A DNA stretch of 64,000 bases from the human T2T-CHM13v2.0 reference genome, Homo sapiens. Under the pieces are notes generated by a model. The model saw only the letters and a program-made list of their open reading frames with translations, was not told the DNA's origin and did no database searches. The DNA lies in assembly GCA_009914755.4 (NCBI GenBank), contig CP068257.2, positions 22,240,001-22,304,000 of the forward strand, given 5' to 3'. Shown one piece after another: positions 55,192 through 64,000 of the stretch (position 1 is its first letter; each line of letters begins with the position of its first letter). Both the position numbers and the translations under genes were made by a program.

Positions 55192-58100
55192 GGGTGCTTT
55201 CTGTCTCCTTTTACTATTTCTCCTGATACCTGTTTCCTGTTTGCCTTTTCACTTCTCCAAAACCTGGTTAACAAATTTTAGATAACTAGTGAAGGTTCTT
55301 TTTCCTGATGAATACAGAAATTCATACAGTATCAATAGTGGTCCTAGGAAACAGACCTCCAGATAGTGATTTGGGGATTGATTTATGTCTTTGGGCATGA
55401 ACATAGTGATGAGATTCTTGCCTAAGAACAATGTGGTGCGAGTAGTTTTTGGCATGTAGTGGCATCAAATTAGTCAAATTATTACCTATGGTTGATAACG
55501 ATGTATCTGGATGAACAGCTGGCTACTTCATTTGACCATTATGACAGTAACACTAACAACAAGAATTGTAGGATGACATCGATTCAATTGAATGTTTTAG
55601 AGTACAATACTTAGAATATGACAATTTCAGGTCTACAAATTTTGAGCTGAAGTCACTGTTGGAGAACCAGAGACCTTCTATGGCATCTCTAAAACAATCT
55701 TTTATTTCTTGAAGCAACACAGTCAATTTCACAGAAAAACAGACAAGTAATTTAATTGTGTTGATTGCAGCTTTACAATGTATATTGAATTATCTTGCAA
55801 AATGTCCCTTGTGAAAGTTAGGGTATGGTCAGGATAGGAACGTAACCATGTGCCAGCCAAGGCTCAATCAAAGAAAAAGAACAAGTGACAAAAAAGAATT
55901 GGCTGATGTGATTATGGGGATTTGATTGCAAGTCCAAAATTCACAGGGCAGGCTGTCAGGAAGAAGAGGCCAGAACTCTTGGTTAGAAGATGCAATTCAC
56001 AGTGAAATTTCTCGTTCCTCTGGGAATCTCAGTTCTGCTCTTCAGGCCTTTTCATTGATTAAATCATGACCACCCAGGTTATCTAGGAAAGTCTTTACAG
56101 AATGTCAACTGATTATGAACTTACATAATATCTACAAAATACCTTCACATAATACCTAGATTTGTATTTGATTTTATAACTAGGAACAATATCTTAGCCA
56201 ACTAAGCACTTAAAACTCACCATCATAGACTCTGAGATTGGATATGCGGATTTCTAGATTTCCACATAAAAAATGAGGACTTGAACCCTGGAGTTACCCT
56301 GAGTCTCTTTGCCAGTTAAGCACCCACCTTCCCCTGTCTGAAGACACTCCCCTCCTACTTACAAGAAAACAAACAAACAAACAAACTGTAATAAACCCAC
56401 CTGAGGCAGTTGCCTTGTAAGGGCATACCTATTTTTCTCAAGATACATCCTAAGCACCCCTTATTACTTGTAGATCATCAACTGTGGTCAGCTGTGATCA
56501 TGTTCCAGGGGAAGTCTAACCCTAAAGGAAATAGTTTATACTCCACAAGAATCATAAGACTTTTTCTAATTTATCTTATCAGAAATTTGGGAATTATGTG
56601 TGAAAGAAAATAGAACTTCTGGTCCCCAAATTTACCATGCCAAAGGGAAAGTTCAGCTTGGGAAATGAATTATGCAAAAACTGCTTTCCTTTTTTTTTCC
56701 CAAATAGTTAGTTGTAATTTCACAATTCTGTGTCATAGCCTCATTTTCTCTACTCTCTGTTTTTACATGTTACTTTATCTTATGTAAAATGTAGATTTAC
56801 TGAACACAGGACAATGTATAATTGACTTTCCTCAACTGTCTCATTTTACACGTAAAATGTAGAGCCACTGAAGCTAATCAGAGCCTCACAGGAATGTGAG
56901 CATCTGCCATACTGCCTCCTTTTCCTCCTTTGTTTTCTTCCTTCTTCCTCTTTCCCCTTTAATGACTGAAGTTCCCAAAAACTCCATTTGAAAAAAAGCA
57001 CAGGTCACAGATGCTCCTGTGATTTGTATTTTTCCCAGGTGCACCCTCAACCTTAGTTAAATAAACCTCTGTAGATTGAGATCTGCCTCAATCATTTTTT
57101 GGTTTACATATGTGTGTGAATGGACTCTGGAAGTGTTTGATTCAGAAAGATAGAATTTATCATTTGCTGGATTGAGATGGATATATTGATATGGGTATAC
57201 AGCAAAAATTCTAAATGTGGCATATTGGCTCAGGAAGTTTGATGTGCACCTGTCAATTTACTTGGTTGTTTGACTGAAACTTGGATGCAGTTTCACCTAC
57301 ATTCAGTAGGTCTCAGACACTAGATCTTTCCTGGGATAAGGTAGAAACAGGAATACAATGACTTTCTAAAATAGAAATATTAGAGTGAATTTATCACACT
57401 TAGTTTATATAACACCAACCCTCCTTCCTCCCACCCCACCAACTCTATCCACTGATAAGACACTTTTTCTCAGTACTGTGTTAAGTAACACATTAATGAG
57501 GGCAGCACTAGCATCTTTGAACAGCTTTGCGGTGGATTTCTTCTTTAGCCTAGGTATGAAAGTGGGAGGTGCTGCCATTGAAATAGGCTCTCTGGTTTCA
57601 GAGGTGGTTCCAGAGGAGGCTACCACTCAAATCTCACTTCAAAAGAAAATCTATTTGAGGAGTGTGGTTAGTCTCCACTTCCACACTTTGGGAATCCACT
57701 GCAGATTTCACACCAAGGACACAATCTTTGCACTTTCTTCCCAGCCAATGACAAAGCAAAGTGCTCTGATATTAGAAAGTAGCTATTTCTGCATTATGTG
57801 GAACTCCTCTAATGAGTAATCTTTTCACTGGCTCTACCCATTACCCTGGCCAAATTTTCTCAGAGCTGCTAAAAATATAGTCTAGGGCTCTACTTACTAA
57901 TTCTTGTTCCTTCTACCTATCCTACCGCAGAGTCTGAAAGCTATCTCTGCCTACTCTGGCTACCTGATTCTTCATGTTTCACAGGTGTTTTCCTCAACAA
58001 ATCTCTAGCACTCTAATTATATGTTGGCTTCTACTTCCTAAAGACTTAAACTGATGCATATAGGGGGAAAAATGATCCCAGATTGGCAGAGGGTAGTAGC

Positions 58101-59438
58101 AGTGCTTCCCTAGCAGAGACCTTGCAGGATGATTTATCATAATAGGCATCACAAATAAAGCAACGATGACAGAGATTGGTGGTAGTTAATTGGTTACAAT
58201 ATTCCTCAGAATTCAATGCACAGGCAATCTACTAACATAGTAATGGGAAACCTCGAATTTGAGTGAGTGTTCAAAATCTTGACTTCAGACAAGCTCAATG
58301 GTTACTCACTGTCTTTCACCAAGTTTTCAGATCTAAGCCACTTCATAGCCCTGCAGCCCTTTGGCTACAGAGGAGGCCAGGTTATATTAAATAAACTTCC
58401 TGAAAGAGATTAATAAGCATATGTCATAAATTTTCTTTCAATCCTCTACTGAAATATCCTAGGATCATTTACTGTTGTGATTATTCACTGAGGCAAGGAA
58501 AAAACCTACATTTTTCAAGGATTTCTAGAAAGTTTGTCTGGATGAATGAACATTTCTGGGGATGCTAAGACTGTGGTGGTACATTAGTCAAAGTAGGCAT
58601 TTATGGCGGCCAGATGATAAATCAAATTTAGGACCAAGATTGAACAACCATAGGTCTCTTAAGTCTGAGAATACATTTTATGTTTATTTCTCTAATTCCT
58701 GAGTGTACAATTAGAATAGATTTACTCAGCAATATGCAGAATTTCTAAATAATTTTCTTACCTGTAGTGATAGAATGAGCCAATGGAAATTCTGGGAACT
58801 TCCGTTCCCTACCAAGATAGTGTGTCAAAAGTGATGATGTATTTGGAGAGAAAAGCAGAGATTCGTTCACCATCAAAGACTTAAAAGATGAAAAGATAGT
58901 GATGCCGATAATATTCCCATTTAATTCACCGGTTTGATACAGATATATTAAAAGTGTTTGTTATCACAAGACAAAATTACCACTCAGTCCAGCTTTATAA
59001 ACCACTGCCATAAATAATTCATTCAAAGAAACAAATTATAGTTGAAAATGTCTGAGAAAAATGTTGCTTTCCTTTCATAGAGCAATGGTCATAAACTAAC
59101 AATAAGTTATAACTAATAAATTGCCAAATACCAAGGTAAAAAGAAAACAACAAAAATTTTCAATGATTTAAGAACCAAAAGTAATCCCTTTATAATATTT
59201 GACCACTCCCACAATTTAGTACAACTTTTGGGGGTATAATAGGAAATACTATCAAAAGTCTTGTAAACTGAAAATAAAATTCTAAGACCCCATCCAACAG
59301 AACAAACAATTCCTTTCTGCCGAGGGCATTCCAAAGCAAACCTGAAAAAGTCTAGTTCAAGCCATGATGTGAATGGGGGAGTGGAAGTGGGGGGATCAGG
59401 AATGCCTCATTATAACTGCCCCCCGCCCTTGGAATTCA

Positions 59439-59873
<435 letters not shown>

Positions 59874-60639
59874 TCACATGACAACAGGTCCCGAAAGAAA
59901 ATGAAGTATTTAACCCAAAAACATATTTCTTTGACATTTGAGATGGCCCTGCAAAGCTGACTCTTGTGGGGAAAATCTATATACTGTAGAGAATTTCCTT
60001 CCCTTTCCAGGTCTTTTTCCTGATCCAGAAGAATATTAACTGAGTCTGGCATTATTTTAGATCTGATAAGAATTCTGAAGCCTGCTACTTGGAGCTTCAT
60101 CGCGTGATAAAACCTCTGTCTCCACAATCCCTTATCTTAACCCAGACACTTCCTTCTGTTGATTCCAGGTCTTTAGGTAAGAGCATAATAGCGTAACTCT
60201 TTCAACCAATTGCTAATCCGAAAGTCTTTGAGCCTATCTATGAGCTGGAAAACCCCCACCCTCCCACCATGAGCAACTCGGATTCAAGTGTTTCTGCCTT
60301 TCTGGAGTGAACTAATGTATCTCTTACATGTATTGATTGATGTCTTATATCTCCCTGAAATATATAAAACCAATCTGTCGCCTAACCACCTTGGGCATCA
60401 TGTTGTCATGATCTGCTGAGACTGTGTCACAGGCCATTGGTCACTCATATTTGGCTGAGAATAAAAATCCCTGGAAATATTTTCCAAAGTTTGACTCTTC
60501 ATCAATAGTCTTAATATGATTTTACAGAGAAATACCACTGTGAAAATTTATTTAAAACTATCATCAGAGTTTCACCTGGAAACAGTTGGTTCAACGAAGG
60601 TATTCAAATGGTATTTATAAAAGCAAGAAACTTGAAACT

Positions 60640-61236
60640 GTGAACCCAAAATATCTGAGACAGGTCTCAGTCAATTTAGAAAGTTTATTTTGCCAAGGTT
60701 AAAAGTGCGTCTGTGACATAGCCTCAGGAAGTCCTGATGAAATGTGTCCAAGGTGGTTGGGGTACACATTTTAGGGAAACATGAAAAATCAATCAATATG
60801 TGTAAGATGTACATTGGTTGGTTCAGTAAGTTGGGACAACTCGAAGTTGGCGCTTCCAGATTAGAAGTAGATAAGAGACAAAAGGTTGCATTCTTTTGAG
60901 TCCTTGATTAGCCTTCCACTGAAGACACAATTTAGTCTGGCTCACTGAATCTAAACTTGTACATAAACAATAGGGCAGAGGAAGCAAGCAGATATGCATT
61001 TGTTTCAGGTGAGCCTCAGAGGGCTGACTGAGTTCTGTCTGTCCTTTGTCCACAAGGAGATTCCCTGTGGGCAAATTGTGACAAAGGTATGTACCTTCTT
61101 ATCTTTGTAGCTATCTTATTTACAAGTAAACTGGTAAGCAGGTTTGACTAACCTGCTTAACCTCCCAGGTTAACTCCCAGGTTAACTTTTATCTTGCATC
61201 AGTGATTTTGGAGTCCCAAGACTTATTTTCTTTCAC
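60640..61236 (+). mobile_element. Unclassified LTR-like interspersed repeat, copy 2 (uninterrupted paralogue of 1045-1849)
   Basis: 'tgtgaacccaaaatatctgagacaggtctcagtcaatttagaaagtttattttgccaaggttaaaagtgcgtctgtgacatagcctcaggaagtcctgatgaaatgtgtccaaggtggttgg...agataagagacaaaaggttgcattc...gatatgcatttgtttcaggtgag...cagtgattttggagtcccaagacttattttctttcaca'. Confidence 0.6.
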
Positions 61237-62712
61237 AAAACAATATAAATGTTCAAAAATAAGATATTGGCCATTTCTATATAACTATAGGTCAACTAAT
61301 GGCCAAATTATTTTAAAAATGCTTAGATAAGTGAGAAAATATTCACGATATTCTATTAAGTGAAAAACATGCAGCAAACCAAGTATATGTGACATATATG
61401 TGTATGGGGGAGTAACATAAGTTTTGACTGCAAAAGTTTCCTGCGTTGCTTTGTTGCCTTTTATTTGTATGTCGGTATGATTTCTCTATATGTATTTATA
61501 TTTTTATATAATATGAGAGAGAGATATAAAGACAAAGCAGAATCTCTTCAATGGTTGCCTGAGAGGAATTGGGTAGATATTTGTAAACTATATCATGGTG
61601 GGCAAATTTTTTCCTAAGGGGCATGATAATAAATAGTTTAGGCTTTATTGGACAAATGGCAAAATCTAACATATTATGTAAGTATTTATATAATCATTTA
61701 ATATAAAACTATTGTCAAATATAAAAGACATTCTCAGGTCACAGGTAGTACAATATCTGGAGACTTGCTGAGGGTAGTTTATCATACCTGTTCTACAACA
61801 GAAAAGTAAAGTTAATACAAAAATTTATTGTTTACAACAGCATAATTAAGTGAGCAAATTATGTACAATTTGACATTATTTATTATATTTTATTATCCAA
61901 ATATATTTTCATTGGTTTCTATAATTTTTGCTTTGTTCATTTCAAAATTCCTAGAACTTAACATAGTATTATGTGCATAGAAAGTTCTCAATAAATTGAG
62001 TGAGTCAATTAATCAATTAGTCAGTGATAAAATAGGACTCTCAGTTCTCCTCTCTTTGAACTGTCACAGGTATAGCTTTTTTTGGTTGCAAAAGTACCAC
62101 CACTTCACAAATAACCACTTCCTAACAAAAAAAAAATACACAGAAAAAGCATCTGTGGATGCCCAAATATCACAAATTTGATGTTTCACATTATTAAAAA
62201 CTACACAAAAATGCATTTTCTGTGGGTAAAATCTACACTCAAAATTATTTCTTGGGAAAAGAGTACACTTCAGTCAGATGAACAAAAATGCTTGGAATAT
62301 ATTGAATTCAAAGGTTTCTGCCCTTTTAGTGGCCTTTACTTAAAATAAATATTTCCAATTTATTAAAAAATAAATCTAAGGTCATACAAATATGACCTTA
62401 GATTGTAATTTGAAAAATGTGTCCCATGGCAATGTGTTCATAAATATAAAAGCTATAAATTCTATTAAACAAACATCATGTAATGAAATACATCTTTTGA
62501 AGTAACATACATATACAAAAATACACACACATGCTTTTTTCTGAGCTATTTAAAAAGTATAAAGATTCTATGTAATTCTACCAAAATAACATAAAAGATA
62601 AATTATAAAGATAAATATAATATAAATATTTAATCTGAAAATTTAACTATTATTCTCAGGGTTTCTTTTCAATAAATTTTTAAAATAATAGTTTCCTATT
62701 TATAACCCTTCT

Positions 62713-63083
62713 ATAGTTTGAATGTGTCCCCCAGTAAGAATAGTTTGAAAGCTTAATCCCCAATATAACAGCGTTAGGAGGTGGGGCCATGAGGTGATTA
62801 GTCCATGAGGGCTCCATTCTCACTAATAGATTAATGCCTTTATGGGGGAGTGGATTCGTGGTAAAAGCGAGAGTTTGGTCCCTCTTTCCCCACCTCCCTC
62901 TTTCCTTCTCTTTCATTTCTTCCTTCTGCCACAGGATAATGCAGTTTAAAGGGCTTCACCACATGCTGTCGCCTTGATCTTGGACTTCCCAGCCTCCAGA
63001 AACAGGTGCCAGTAAATATCTCTTCATCGTAAATTATCCAATCTGTGGTATTCTGTTATAGCTGTTCAAACAGTCCAAGACAA
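62713..63083 (+). mobile_element. ERVL-MaLR LTR (MLT1/MST-like), sense
   Basis: 'tatagtttgaatgtgtcccccagtaagaatagtttgaaagcttaatccccaatataacagcgttaggaggtggggccatgaggtgattagtccatgagggctc...atgctgtcgccttgatcttggacttcccagcctccagaaacaggtgccagtaaatatctcttcatcgtaaattatccaatctgtggtattctgttatagctgttcaaacagtccaagacaaa' follows the MaLR LTR consensus (TGTAGTTTGAATGTGTCCCCCA...CTTGATCTTGGACTTCCCAGCCTCCAGAACTGTGAGAAATAAAT...CAGTCTGTGGTATTTTGTTATAGCAGC). Confidence 0.8.
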
Positions 63084-63849
63084 ACCCCATTCATTTCAAA
63101 GCACCTAGAAAAACTTTCTAGTAAATTAATTCATAAATCTATAATTTTATATACTATCTTCAAGAATAAAACCAAACATCAATAAGGTTTCTAGAAAAAC
63201 AGAAAATAATTTGCCCTAGTTATGTTTGATTTATTGTACCAGTTGCTATCCATATAAAGTTTAACCTCCTTATGAAAATGAAAATTCTCAACTGTAGTCA
63301 TGGAATCTTCACCACTGACACACAATTTAAGCTGTGAAGCTTTGTATAATAAGAAAAGGCCCTAGAGATGAAATTCACATAATACTTCAAGTTATTTCAG
63401 AAGACTTATGTTTTACCAAAGGGAGAAAAACAAGGCCAAAAAATAATCCTTAATAGTAGTTGAAGTAAATTACTACAGTGCAAAAGAGAACACTTTTGGT
63501 GCTTGATTCTGACTCTAATGCCCACAGGGATTTCCAAGAACGGGGAAGAAAATTATGTTGAGAAAAGGAATTTTCCTTTTCAAAGGAAATTCTTTGACAA
63601 ATTCCATGAGCAAAGAAGAAAAAAATAACAGTTGGAGCACGGTCTTTATTATGTCACTATACCCTAATCATTATTCCTTCAATCTGTTCTTTTCTTTTTT
63701 TTCCTACTATTCATGGCCTAGTAACCCCAGTTTCTTTTAAAAACAGAAGTTGAATTCTTACCAGTTCCACAAGAAGAAGGTATTCAAATAAGAGAACTGT
63801 AGTCTGCAAAACCAACAATAAATATCTGAAATCAAGGAACTCGCACTCT

Positions 63850-64000
63850 GGTAAATACTTTGTTGTTGTTGTTGTTGTTGTTGTTTTGATTTTTGAGATG
63901 GAGTCTCCCTCTGTCGCCCAGGCTGGAGTGCAGTGAAGCGGGCTCAGCTCACTGAAAGCTCTGCCTCCGGGGTTCACACTGTTCTCCTGGCTCAGCCTCC
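63850..64000 (-). mobile_element. Alu (antisense), cut by the window edge. Its tail is (TTG)9 at 63850-63878.
   Basis: 'ttgttgttgttgttgttgttgttgttttgatttttgagatggagtctccctctgtcgcccaggctggagtgcagtgaagcgggctcagctcactgaaagctctgcctccggggttcacactgttctcctggctcagcctcc'. Confidence 0.9.

Noticed and set aside
57385-57819. 144-aa plus-strand ORF and overlapping 73-aa minus-strand ORF in apparently unique sequence, as a possible small gene or processed pseudogene
   Set aside because: I recognise no domain or family. There is no poly-A tail or TSD for a retrocopy and no evident splice sites. The segment is of ordinary noncoding composition. It is most likely chance ORFs.

Overview
This window reads as primate (catarrhine, human-like) nuclear genomic DNA, and I found no protein-coding gene, RNA gene, CpG-island promoter or prokaryotic-type system that I could support from the sequence. 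It is AT-rich and densely populated by interspersed repeats. Every long ORF in the six-frame track falls inside a repeat (Alu, L1 ORF2 remnant, ERV/MaLR LTR) or a low-complexity run. I could recognise:
- about 22 Alu elements or fragments, most with poly-A/T tails and several with clear target-site duplications, including one young AluY-like copy;
- three L1 3'-end fragments, one of which shows a 5'-inversion junction and carries a nested Alu;
- a structurally complete THE1/MST-type MaLR retrotransposon (LTR-internal-LTR, about 2.2 kb);
- at least four more MaLR LTRs;
- two pairs of unclassified ERV-type solo LTRs;
- a Tigger1-like DNA-transposon terminus with an internal (A)36 expansion;
- one MIR;
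- several micro- and minisatellites.
The window most plausibly lies deep in an intron or in intergenic sequence. The observations I would look at again are structural: a duplicated composite Alu-plus-flank block inserted into a MaLR LTR; an inverted and direct local duplication cluster at 5.1-7.2 kb; two near-identical tandem duplications (99 bp and 79 bp, the latter a pure homopurine tract); an uninterrupted (TCTA)n STR; and the L1 5'-inversion. I see no novel coding 'system', and I say so rather than invent one.
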